Shown here piece after piece: positions 6,408 through 15,456 of a DNA stretch of 28,020 nucleotides; the stretch's first letter is position 1; every line of letters begins with the position of its first letter. The notes beneath the pieces are model-generated. The model worked only from the letters and a program-made list of their open reading frames with translations, had not been told where the DNA came from and did not search any database. The position numbers and the translations under genes are program-made. Source of the stretch: a virus. Lineage: Duplodnaviria; Caudoviricetes. The stretch is taken from the IMG/VR virus record IMGVR_UViG_3300010052_000218, positions 1 through 28,020 of that record. One strand, given 5' to 3'.

Positions 6408-9400
6408 ATGGACGGTGACAACTCGCCGCAGTTGGAAATCGGCTTCGCCATCGAAACCGCAGGTTCGTTTGCCGAACTGCAGCGGCTTCAACAAGCAATG
6501 GGCTCAACCGAGGCCAGCGTCGTGGCTGACGCCGCCAGGATCGAAAAGGCCACCGCGGGCATGGTCAACACTGGCGCCGCCACCGCACAGGTTGTCGCAT
6601 TCGGAAATGCTCACACGCGTGCTGAGCAAGAAATTCGTGCGGCGCGTGCCTCCTCTGAGAAGTCGGGTGAGGCAATGGTGCGCCAGCTGCAGCGCCAGAT
6701 TGAGACTTACGGTAAGACCAGCGCTGAAATCCGCACGATGCGCGCGGAGCAGCGCGCACTAGCGGCTGAATCGAGCGGTCTTACCGAGCTTGCGGGGCGG
6801 ATCCGTGCGCTTGATGGCGAGATGCGCCGCCTTGAAGGCGGGACGTCCCGCGTATCGAGGGCGGCAAACGATAATCGTATGGCGATCCAGGGCGCCAGTT
6901 ATCAGGTGCAGGACTTCTTTACGCAGGTTTCGATGGGAGCAAATCCCATCAACGCATTTGCGGTCCAAGGCGCTCAGCTGGCCGGCCAGTTCTCCAACAT
7001 TGAGGGGAAGGCAGGCAATGTCGCACGGTTCTTCATGGGTCCATGGGGGTTAGCCATAACCGCCGGCGCCATGCTGCTCGGCCCGTTCGTTTCGAAGATC
7101 TTCGAGGGGAACAACGCGCTCGACAAGGCGGTCGAGAAACTAAAGGAAGACGCCAAGGAAACGGAGATCAACCGCCGCGCCAAGCAGTTGTTCATCCAGA
7201 CCGAGGAAGGGGTTCGCAAAGCCATCCTCGACACGGTGGCCGCCCACGACAAATGGATCGAGTCGCAGCGCACCGCGATCGAGCAGGCTGCGATCCTGGC
7301 GCGCGCGCAGGAACTGGCCGCACAGAAGGCGCTCGCCGCCACTGAGCGACAGCTTGCGGGCGCGCGTGAGCGATTGAAGGGATTTACGGGGCCGGCCGGC
7401 AGCGACCCGCGCCTGATGCCCGCACGGCAAGCGATCGAGGCCGAAATCGCCACGCTGGAAAAGCTTCAGAAGGCACAGACCGAAGCCGTCGTTGCGCTCG
7501 GGCTCCGCACGCGGGAAACGTTCGTAGATCTGATCAGCGAGGCGACCAAGAAGTCGATCGACCCCATCGAGAGCATCAGGCAGCGCTATGAAGGGTCAAA
7601 CGGCCTCATAGCGCAGACAAAGCAGCGGCTTGTGAACGAGAAGGCGACGAGTGAGGAAATGGGTCGCCAGCTCCGCCTGCTTCACGAGAAGCAACAGGCC
7701 GAGATTGCTGAAGCGCAGCGTCAGCAGTCCGCGTTGCGTGGTGCCGCGAACGACAATCGTCAGATCGGCCGCCAGATCAGCCTATCCGAAGCCGAAGGCA
7801 TCGTCCGCAGCATCGGCGGAGTGATCACCAGCACGACACGGTCCTTTGAGCAGCAACGCGTGCTGTACGAGCGCTATCTTGCCGGCAAGGGGCCACTGGC
7901 TGCAAAGCCGGGCACCAGTGACCACGAAGTCGGCAACGCGATCGATATCGCCAAGACGCCGGGCATGTCACTTGCCAAGATCCGCGATGCGTTCCGCGCG
8001 GCGGGCGTCCCCATCAAGCAGCTGCTGGACGAGGGGCGGCACTTTCACGTTTCGTGGAAGAAGGGAGCAGATGATGCCGCCGCTGCATCGAAGAATCTCG
8101 CGGACGCGCAGGCGGCCCTGGCCAAGCAATTCGACCCCGCCGAGGCCGCAGCGATCGAGTATCGCGATGCCCTGGCGAAGATCGCCGCGGCCAAGCTCGA
8201 CCCATCCGAGGCCACCCGATACGCAGATGCGGCGCGCGACGCGTTCATCAAAGCACGCGCCGCTGCGTTCCAGCTGCCCAGCATGGAAGAGATCCGCGCG
8301 CAGGCAGCGGATGCCGAAGCATCCGAGAAGGCCGCGGCGGAGTTCCATGCGCATGTCATACAGCCGCTGCGCGACGAGATTGCCCTGTGGGGCCTGGTCG
8401 GTCCGGCGCGAGCCGCCGCCGCGCTGGAACTAGAGAAGAACGCGTTCATTGCCAGGAATATGGATCAGGGCGTCGAGGTAGCGACCGCTCGCTGGCAGGA
8501 ATATTACCGGATCAAGACGGAGCTGATCGAGAAGGACGCCGCAGCCGAGCAGGAGGCGGAACGCATCCGCCGTGTCAGGGAGGAAATGGACTGGCTGATC
8601 GATGCGGCCAATCGTGCGGGCGACGGCCTCGCCGAAGCGTTCGGTCGAGGTGGTTCGGCGCTCTCGGATATGCTGGAGACCTTCGTTCGCTATTCGGCTG
8701 AGAAGAAAAAGCTAGACGAAGCCGTCGAAAAGGAGGCCATCGGCGCGGCGGCTGCAGAACAGAAACGCGCAATGATGCAGGTGGGCCTGTATGGCGACAT
8801 GCTGCTGGCAGCGCGCGGATTCTTCGCTGAAGGCTCGTCGGGCTACAAGGCCCTGACCAAGGCCCTCCAGATATTCCGCGCGATCGAGTTCGCCCTGTCG
8901 GTGCGCGCGATGGCGCAGGACGCAGTCGAAACGGCGAAGGCTGTTGTGAACAGCGCGATCCGGGTGGCCAAGTTCGCTATCGAGGGCATTGCCGCGCAGG
9001 CGAAGCTCCCCTTCCCGCTCAACATCGCCGCGATGGCTGCCACCGGCGCGGCGCTGGCCGCGATCGGCGCCGGCGTCGCAGGGGCGATTGGCGGTGGCGG
9101 AAAGAACGACCTTGAGCCGTCGAACAACGGCACGGGGACTGTGTTCGGCGATCCCAAGGCGCAGTCGCAGAGCATCAAGCGCGCGATCGACCAGCTGAAG
9201 GAGGTCGACACGATCATGCTCAGCTATTCGCGCGAGATGGCAGCGTCGCTGCGCTCGATCGACAGCCAGATCGGCGGGTTTGCCGCGGTGATCCTGCGCA
9301 GCGGCGATGTGAACGCGTCGGAGGGCGTAGCGCAGGGCTTCAAGCCCAATGCGATCGGCTCGATCCTCGGCGCGATCCCGCTTGTTGGTGGCCTGCTCAA

Positions 9401-10973
9401 GTCGCTGTTCGGCACCACCACCACCGTCATCGGGAGCGGCCTGTTCGGCGGCCCGCAGTCGATCGCGAGCATCCTTGCGGGTGGATTCGACGCGTCGACC
9501 TACAGTGACATAGAGCGCAAATCCAAATTCCTGGGGATCACCACCAGCAAGAAATACTCGACGCAGTATGGCGCCGCCGACCCGGCGCTCGAGAACCAGT
9601 TCACGCTGATCTTGCGGTCGTTCTATGACGCGATCTCCGCGGCGGCGGGGCCGCTTGGCGTCGCCACGAGCGAAATCCAGCAGCGCTTGAACAGCTTCGT
9701 CGTCAACATCGGCAAGATCGACCTCAAGGGGCTGTCCGGCGAGCAAATTGCCGACAAGCTCTCTGCGATCTTCGGGGCGGCGGCCGATCAGATGGCCGCG
9801 GCCGCGTTCCCCGGGTTCGAGCGATTCCAGCGCGCCGGTGAAGGGATGTTCGAGACGCTCGTGCGGGTTGCCTCCACCGTCGAAACGGTCACCGCGTCGC
9901 TCGATCAGCTCGGCCTCGGCTCGCGCGCATTGAGCATCGATGCCAAGCTCGGTCTTGCCGACCAGTTTGAGAGCCTGAGCGCGCTCGCGAGCGCCACCGA
10001 CAACTATTTCAAGGCCTACTACACGCGCGAGGAGCAGGCAGCCGCCAGTGCGGCCCAGTTCTCGAAGGTTTTCCAGAGCCTGGGCCTGTCGATGCCGACT
10101 TCGCTCTCAGCCTTCCGCGCGCTGGTCGAGGCACAGGACCTCACCACCGCGGCCGGCCAGGCGACCTATGCGACGCTGCTCCAGCTCGCACCCGCGTTCG
10201 CGGATCTGCAGAACGCGCTCGCAGGGGCCAAGAGCGCGGCGGACGTGATCGCCGAGCGCCAGGACCTCGAACGCCGCCTTCTCGAGCTGCAGGGCAACAC
10301 CGCCGCGCTGCGCGCGCTCGATCTGGCAAAGCTCGACGCGAGCAATCGAGCGCTTCAGCAGCAGATCTGGGCAATCCAGGACGCACAGGAGGCGGCGCGG
10401 GCCGCAGAGGAGCTTCGCAAGGCGTGGACATCGGTCGGCGACAGCATCATGGACGAGGTCCGCCGTATTCGCGGGCTGACCGGCGCCGGCGGCGAAGGCA
10501 GCTTCGCGTCGCTGCAGGGCCAGTTCAACGCTGCGGCCGCAGCGGCGCGCGGCGGCGATATCGAAGCAGCCAAGAGCCTGCCCGGCTTGTCGCAGGCGAT
10601 GCTGGCGGCGGCCGAGAAGGCCGCGACGAGCCGCCAGGAACTCGACCGCATCCGCGCGCAGACGGCCGCAGCGCTTGAGGCCGTGTTCGCCACGATCAAT
10701 GGGGCGAACCCAGCGAGCGGCGCGACCCCCACCGAGGCGTTGCTGCAGAACATGGCGGATGCGGTGTCGCTCGCGACCGCTTCAGCCAATGACGACACGG
10801 TTCAGGAGATCCGCACGGGCCTCGCCGGTCTCCGCGAAGAGGTCGCGCAGATGCGGGCTGAGAACAACACCGGGCACGCAGCTACGGCGGGCAATACAGG
10901 CTCGATCAAGCGTACGCTGGACAACGTGACCGCAGACAGCGGCGGTGACGCAATCTCGACGAGAGCCGCATGA
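6408..10973 (+). CDS. Tape measure protein with an internal M15-like peptidase domain
   Basis: 1521 aa, Ala-rich and helical; lambda-type YQVQDFFTQVSMGANPINAFAVQGAQL; internal TSTTRS..QQ..LY...AKPGTSDHEVGNAID...HFH; AAGGAGG RBS. Confidence 0.92.
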   Translation: MDGDNSPQLEIGFAIETAGSFAELQRLQQAMGSTEASVVADAARIEKATAGMVNTGAATAQVVAFGNAHTRAEQEIRAARASSEKSGEAMVRQLQRQIETYGKTSAEIRTMRAEQRALAAESSGLTELAGRIRALDGEMRRLEGGTSRVSRAANDNRMAIQGASYQVQDFFTQVSMGANPINAFAVQGAQLAGQFSNIEGKAGNVARFFMGPWGLAITAGAMLLGPFVSKIFEGNNALDKAVEKLKEDAKETEINRRAKQLFIQTEEGVRKAILDTVAAHDKWIESQRTAIEQAAILARAQELAAQKALAATERQLAGARERLKGFTGPAGSDPRLMPARQAIEAEIATLEKLQKAQTEAVVALGLRTRETFVDLISEATKKSIDPIESIRQRYEGSNGLIAQTKQRLVNEKATSEEMGRQLRLLHEKQQAEIAEAQRQQSALRGAANDNRQIGRQISLSEAEGIVRSIGGVITSTTRSFEQQRVLYERYLAGKGPLAAKPGTSDHEVGNAIDIAKTPGMSLAKIRDAFRAAGVPIKQLLDEGRHFHVSWKKGADDAAAASKNLADAQAALAKQFDPAEAAAIEYRDALAKIAAAKLDPSEATRYADAARDAFIKARAAAFQLPSMEEIRAQAADAEASEKAAAEFHAHVIQPLRDEIALWGLVGPARAAAALELEKNAFIARNMDQGVEVATARWQEYYRIKTELIEKDAAAEQEAERIRRVREEMDWLIDAANRAGDGLAEAFGRGGSALSDMLETFVRYSAEKKKLDEAVEKEAIGAAAAEQKRAMMQVGLYGDMLLAARGFFAEGSSGYKALTKALQIFRAIEFALSVRAMAQDAVETAKAVVNSAIRVAKFAIEGIAAQAKLPFPLNIAAMAATGAALAAIGAGVAGAIGGGGKNDLEPSNNGTGTVFGDPKAQSQSIKRAIDQLKEVDTIMLSYSREMAASLRSIDSQIGGFAAVILRSGDVNASEGVAQGFKPNAIGSILGAIPLVGGLLKSLFGTTTTVIGSGLFGGPQSIASILAGGFDASTYSDIERKSKFLGITTSKKYSTQYGAADPALENQFTLILRSFYDAISAAAGPLGVATSEIQQRLNSFVVNIGKIDLKGLSGEQIADKLSAIFGAAADQMAAAAFPGFERFQRAGEGMFETLVRVASTVETVTASLDQLGLGSRALSIDAKLGLADQFESLSALASATDNYFKAYYTREEQAAASAAQFSKVFQSLGLSMPTSLSAFRALVEAQDLTTAAGQATYATLLQLAPAFADLQNALAGAKSAADVIAERQDLERRLLELQGNTAALRALDLAKLDASNRALQQQIWAIQDAQEAARAAEELRKAWTSVGDSIMDEVRRIRGLTGAGGEGSFASLQGQFNAAAAAARGGDIEAAKSLPGLSQAMLAAAEKAATSRQELDRIRAQTAAALEAVFATINGANPASGATPTEALLQNMADAVSLATASANDDTVQEIRTGLAGLREEVAQMRAENNTGHAATAGNTGSIKRTLDNVTADSGGDAISTRAA

Positions 10974-13900
10974 AGGTCGTCATCGCCGGCGACGAGGTTG
11001 ATCTCGGCGTCACGGAGGTGTCGCCGACCATCGGGATCACCGATTACAGCCGCCGCGAAACCGACGAGTTCGGCATCACCACGGTTGTGCAGCGCGGTTT
11101 CGCGCGACGTATGTCGGTGCGGTTCGCGCTCCCATTTGCCGAGGCTGACGCGCTTCAGCAGCGGCTTGCCGCCTTGCGAGCGACCCCGACCCGGTGGATC
11201 GCGGATGGCCGGTTCGAGTGGCTGGATTTCGAAGGCTTCTACAAGGACTTCCAGATCGATTTGGCGCTTCCGCCAACAAGCTTCTGCACACTCACCGTCG
11301 AAGGGCTGACCGAAACGGAAACCGTCGCCGACGGCGGCGGCGATCCGGCGCCGGACGGGCAGTCCTCCAGCCTCCAACTGCTTCAGCCCGTTACCGTCGG
11401 TGACGCCGAACTGACATCGAGCAGCGTGTCAGAGACGGATCACGCTCAGTGGTCGGCGATCACCACCTATCCGCTGGGTGCGCGGGTACTCAAGGCGCCG
11501 ACCCATCGCATCTATGAGAGCGTCGCGGACGGCAACGTCGGAAACGACCCGCTCGGCGCATCAGGCAAGTGGATCGATATCGGCCCGACGAACCGATGGG
11601 CAATGTTCGACCAGGCTCTCGGCACCACCACCACCGCGGTTGGCCTTGTCGCGGTAACGCTGGACGTGACGGGCGTCGACGCGGTGGCACTCCTGGATTC
11701 GACTGCCACGTCGGTGCGTGTTCAGGCCGCCGGATACGATCGCACGCAGGCAGTCGGCCCAGGCTCGGTCACCTTCCTGGATATGCCGCTCATTGACGGC
11801 CCCGTCACCGTGACGATCGAAGCGCCTGGCGCATTGTCGGTGGGCACGCTCCTTGTTGGACGGATCGTATCGCTGGGCGTCACCGAGGCCTCGCCCACCG
11901 CCGGGATCAATGACTTCAGCCGTAAGGAGTTCGACGACTTCGGCGAACCGACCGTCGTGGAGCGCGCGTGGGCCAAACGCATGTCGACCCGCGCGTTGAT
12001 CCGCACGGATGCGATTGACCAAGTCGCCAATCGAATTGCCGCGGTTCGCGCGCGCCCGTCGCTGTGGCTCGGCGATGCGGAGGTCGACGCCCTCGTCGTC
12101 TACGGGTTCTTCCGTGATTTCTCGATCGAAGTTGGCGAGACCGTCAGCACGGTCTCATTGTCGATCGAGGGGCTGTCCAAGTCGAACCCACCGACGCCCT
12201 ACGTACAGCCTCCCTACCCCGGCGCTACACCCGGTGCTCCTGATGGGTCGCCAATCGGCGGCACGCTCGACCCGGAGACTGGGGTCGTCACCGGTGGACG
12301 CTCTGCGGAAGGTGTCCTGGTCCAGATCGATACGACCGCCGCGACCGCTCTGGGCACCGCCGCGGATCTCGCGGCGCTGCACGAACAGGTCGAGGAAGCG
12401 GCCGAAGAGGTCGATGCGCGGATCGACGCCGCTGAGGTGGAGATTGGCGATGCGCTTGCTTCGATCGACGGGCTTGACCGCGCGCGCATCGCGGGTGAGG
12501 CAGCAACTCGCCAGCTCGACCGCCAGATTTCCGAGGGCGCCGACGCGCTTTTGCGGACCGTCGTGGAAGGCTGGAGAACCCGCCGCCGGATGCGCGACGC
12601 GGGGATCACCGTCGATCCCGAAACCGGCATCGTCAGCATCCGTGCCGTCGAGGATACCCGCGAACGGCTGAGCGATGCCGAAATACGGCTCAACGCAGCC
12701 GAAAACTCGATTCTGCTGCGCGCGACCACCACCTACGTCGATGAGCAGATCGCGCTCGCGGTTATCGACCCGAGTCAGATTCCGGAGCTGGGTGGTCTAC
12801 AGGTCCGCGTCGGCGCCGCCGAGGTCGCGATCAGCGGCCTCACCGCATCGCTCGCACTAAAGGCGAATGCTGCGACGCTGGACGCGCTGTCGCTGACCGT
12901 TACCGATCTCGGCACGCAGTATGACGCCCTGGCAGGAACGATTACGACCAAGGCCGACATCAGCGTCGTCACGGCGCTCGACGCACGCGTGGGATCGGTC
13001 GAGACCGTCATCGAAACCCTAGGTGATGTATCCTCCATCACGACCGTCATCCGACAGGCACGGTTCGTGGCGGAGGACTCCGCGGAAGCTACCTTGCGCG
13101 GCCTGCTCGCACAGCACGCGGCCGGCAAGCTGCGGCGGAAGCAGATTGCCGAGGTGCGCAGCGAGGCTATCGCCAAGATCGACGAGGGGGTCAGCGCGAT
13201 GGCGTCGCGCACCGAGAGCCTCACGGCTGAGGTTGATGCGGCCCAGGCGGCGATCATCACCGAGCAGACGGCGCGTGTCGAAGGCGACCATGCCAGCGCC
13301 ACGGCGATCGGTTCAGTGGCGGCCGCGTTGGCGGCGCTCGAGAGCGACGTCGCGGCTGAGGTCGCGCGGCTCGATACAGCGGTTGTCACCGAGGCGGCGG
13401 CACGAGCAGCTGCGATCTTGGCGATATCCGTGGAGGTTGATGGGGTCACGGCCGATCTCGATGCCGCGGTGACTAGCCTACAGGAGGCGATCGCCGACGA
13501 GACGAGCGCGCGAGCTTCGGCGGTATCAGGACTGAATGCACGGATCGACGGGGTCGAAGGGGATCTCAGTGCGGCGATTACCTCGCTGGAGGAGGCCATC
13601 GCGGATGAAGCCGGCGCAAGGGCCAGCGCGGTCGCAACGCTGTCAGCCGCCGTGGATGGCATCGAGGCAGACCTCGTCACCATCAACACGGCGCTGGTCA
13701 ATCTGGAGACAGGCAAGGCGAGCGTGAGCTCCGTCACGTCGCTTCAGACCAGGATGGGCGCAGCCGAAGCCGAGATCGTCACGGTAGCCGCGGTCGCGGC
13801 CGATGCAGAGGGCATTGCCAAGGCGACCTGGGGCTTCAAGATGACGGTCGACGGCAAAGTTTCCGGGGCGAAGTCCGAGAACGACGGAGAGCTGTCGACT

Positions 13901-14029
13901 ATCGAGTTCACGCAGGACGTATTCAAGATATCCGGGGCTCCAGGGGAGCCGCGCTTCGAGTTCTCAGACGGTCATTTGAGGGTGCTCAATGCCGCGGGCA
14001 CTATGATCGTGCGCCTGGGCGTTTGGTGA
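10970..14029 (+). CDS. Large tail-tip protein (duplicated N-terminal domain, CBM-like insert, coiled coil, J-like C-terminus)
   Basis: Follows the TMP with an ATGA overlap; internal duplication; about 36-aa helical repeats; ends WGFKMTVDGKVSG...FKI...IVRLGVW. Confidence 0.75.
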   Translation: MKVVIAGDEVDLGVTEVSPTIGITDYSRRETDEFGITTVVQRGFARRMSVRFALPFAEADALQQRLAALRATPTRWIADGRFEWLDFEGFYKDFQIDLALPPTSFCTLTVEGLTETETVADGGGDPAPDGQSSSLQLLQPVTVGDAELTSSSVSETDHAQWSAITTYPLGARVLKAPTHRIYESVADGNVGNDPLGASGKWIDIGPTNRWAMFDQALGTTTTAVGLVAVTLDVTGVDAVALLDSTATSVRVQAAGYDRTQAVGPGSVTFLDMPLIDGPVTVTIEAPGALSVGTLLVGRIVSLGVTEASPTAGINDFSRKEFDDFGEPTVVERAWAKRMSTRALIRTDAIDQVANRIAAVRARPSLWLGDAEVDALVVYGFFRDFSIEVGETVSTVSLSIEGLSKSNPPTPYVQPPYPGATPGAPDGSPIGGTLDPETGVVTGGRSAEGVLVQIDTTAATALGTAADLAALHEQVEEAAEEVDARIDAAEVEIGDALASIDGLDRARIAGEAATRQLDRQISEGADALLRTVVEGWRTRRRMRDAGITVDPETGIVSIRAVEDTRERLSDAEIRLNAAENSILLRATTTYVDEQIALAVIDPSQIPELGGLQVRVGAAEVAISGLTASLALKANAATLDALSLTVTDLGTQYDALAGTITTKADISVVTALDARVGSVETVIETLGDVSSITTVIRQARFVAEDSAEATLRGLLAQHAAGKLRRKQIAEVRSEAIAKIDEGVSAMASRTESLTAEVDAAQAAIITEQTARVEGDHASATAIGSVAAALAALESDVAAEVARLDTAVVTEAAARAAAILAISVEVDGVTADLDAAVTSLQEAIADETSARASAVSGLNARIDGVEGDLSAAITSLEEAIADEAGARASAVATLSAAVDGIEADLVTINTALVNLETGKASVSSVTSLQTRMGAAEAEIVTVAAVAADAEGIAKATWGFKMTVDGKVSGAKSENDGELSTIEFTQDVFKISGAPGEPRFEFSDGHLRVLNAAGTMIVRLGVW

Positions 14030-14331
14030 TGCCGCAGGGACTTCAATGCTGGGATGGTGCCGGGAACCTAACCCTCGACATCACAGACCGAATTACTCGC
14101 GTGCTTGGCGTAATCACGCCTGCGAGAAATGGGAGCCTGGTCAACGCGGGGCTCCTGACTGGAACACCTTTCGCCGCGCAGCTTTCCAGTTCGTCGATGC
14201 CCGAGCAGGAGTTGATCGTGTATCTGGATTTCCAGTTCAGCGGAGACACCTTCATCTGGAAGGACTACGACAATCTCTTCAACTCGGTCGATTACCCGGC
14301 GCCGATCAACATCGTCTACGGTGTGTACTGA
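14029..14331 (+). CDS. Small tail-tip accessory protein
   Basis: MPQGLQCWDGAGNLTLDITDRITRVLG...IVYGVY, of the kind found after J-like genes; TGATG overlaps. Confidence 0.75.
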   Translation: MPQGLQCWDGAGNLTLDITDRITRVLGVITPARNGSLVNAGLLTGTPFAAQLSSSSMPEQELIVYLDFQFSGDTFIWKDYDNLFNSVDYPAPINIVYGVY

Positions 14332-14972
14332 TGCCGGCCGGTTTGACGATCTTCAACACCGCGGGAACGGTGCAAGTCGACCAGCTTTATCGGAACCTTG
14401 CCTTGGCCGCGGTGGCGATAGTTTCGACCGGGCCGGCGTACGTCGGTTCCTCGTACTCGATCGCGAGTTTCACCATCAGCGGTACCGCTCCGACCGTCGC
14501 CCTGAGATGCAGCGTCAGCGCTTGCGTCGAGTATGTCGATCGATCCGGAAGCAGTTGGACCTTCTACATCAGAGCGAACTCGCCCACCGCGGTGACCGTC
14601 ACATACTACGTGTTCGATGTCATAGCGACGATGCCGACGACTTACGGCTTTGAGGTTCGCGACGACACGGGCAACCCGGTGTTCCACAGCGCGCTCAAGT
14701 ATATGCGCGTTGTCGATGCGATCAAAGGAAAGAGCGCCGGTCAGTACGGCAATCGGGTCTACGACACGTCGCGGGTTTATGCTTGGGTGACGAGCGTCAC
14801 ACCTATGTACAGCTTCTCGTCCGCTGGATTGCTGGAGAACCGGATTACCGGAGCGTCAGCTATCACTGGTGGCGTAAGCATCGGCAAGATCGTGCTCTCA
14901 AGTATCCCAGCCGGCGGGGGCGCAGAGCCATACGATTTCTCTGGTTTGGTGCTGGACGTGACGAATTACTGA
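14331..14972 (+). CDS. Tail-tip accessory / receptor-binding-associated protein
   Basis: MPAGLTIFNTAGTVQVD...YGFEVRDDTGNPVFHS..KYMRVV...LVLDVTNY; beta-rich. Confidence 0.7.
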   Translation: MPAGLTIFNTAGTVQVDQLYRNLALAAVAIVSTGPAYVGSSYSIASFTISGTAPTVALRCSVSACVEYVDRSGSSWTFYIRANSPTAVTVTYYVFDVIATMPTTYGFEVRDDTGNPVFHSALKYMRVVDAIKGKSAGQYGNRVYDTSRVYAWVTSVTPMYSFSSAGLLENRITGASAITGGVSIGKIVLSSIPAGGGAEPYDFSGLVLDVTNY

Positions 14973-15033
14973 CTCTTGCACACGAGAGTCTCGTAGAATT
15001 AATGTGTGGCATCGGTGAAAATGGGGGAGCGGC

Positions 15034-15321
15034 ATGAAAGCGATCATCGTAGCAGTTGCAGCGGCTGGTTTGCTTTCTGGCTGCTCGAACATTCGACGTG
15101 AGGAGCTTCCCGGAGGGGTAATGCTCTATGGCCCCGCGAAGGGACAGCGTACATTTGTTGATCGCCGCGGTGTGCGGCACCCCATCGACCCTAGGAAACG
15201 GCTGTTCGAAAGCGATCTGCTCAAGCTGGGGACAGCTCCCGCCGATCGTGAGGACACGCGGGGCGTGAGGCATGAAGTGTGCGGGCGAGTAACCGACGCC
15301 AGCCAGCCCTCTGGATGCTGA
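15034..15321 (+). CDS. Small lipoprotein (Cor-like position)
   Basis: Lipobox LSGC after a hydrophobic leader; GGGGAG RBS; promoter-like TTGCAC (14976) followed by TAATGT 18 nt later. Confidence 0.7.
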   Translation: MKAIIVAVAAAGLLSGCSNIRREELPGGVMLYGPAKGQRTFVDRRGVRHPIDPRKRLFESDLLKLGTAPADREDTRGVRHEVCGRVTDASQPSGC

Positions 15322-15456
15322 TCGCCGCATTCTGCGGCCGCTGAACCACACGATTTTCTAGCGATCACCCTCCGGCTTCGTCCGGATCTCGCCGCGCGCC
15401 GTCCAACAAGCGCTGCCCGGCGCGATCCGTGCTGTTTCACTAAGGAGAAAGCGCAA

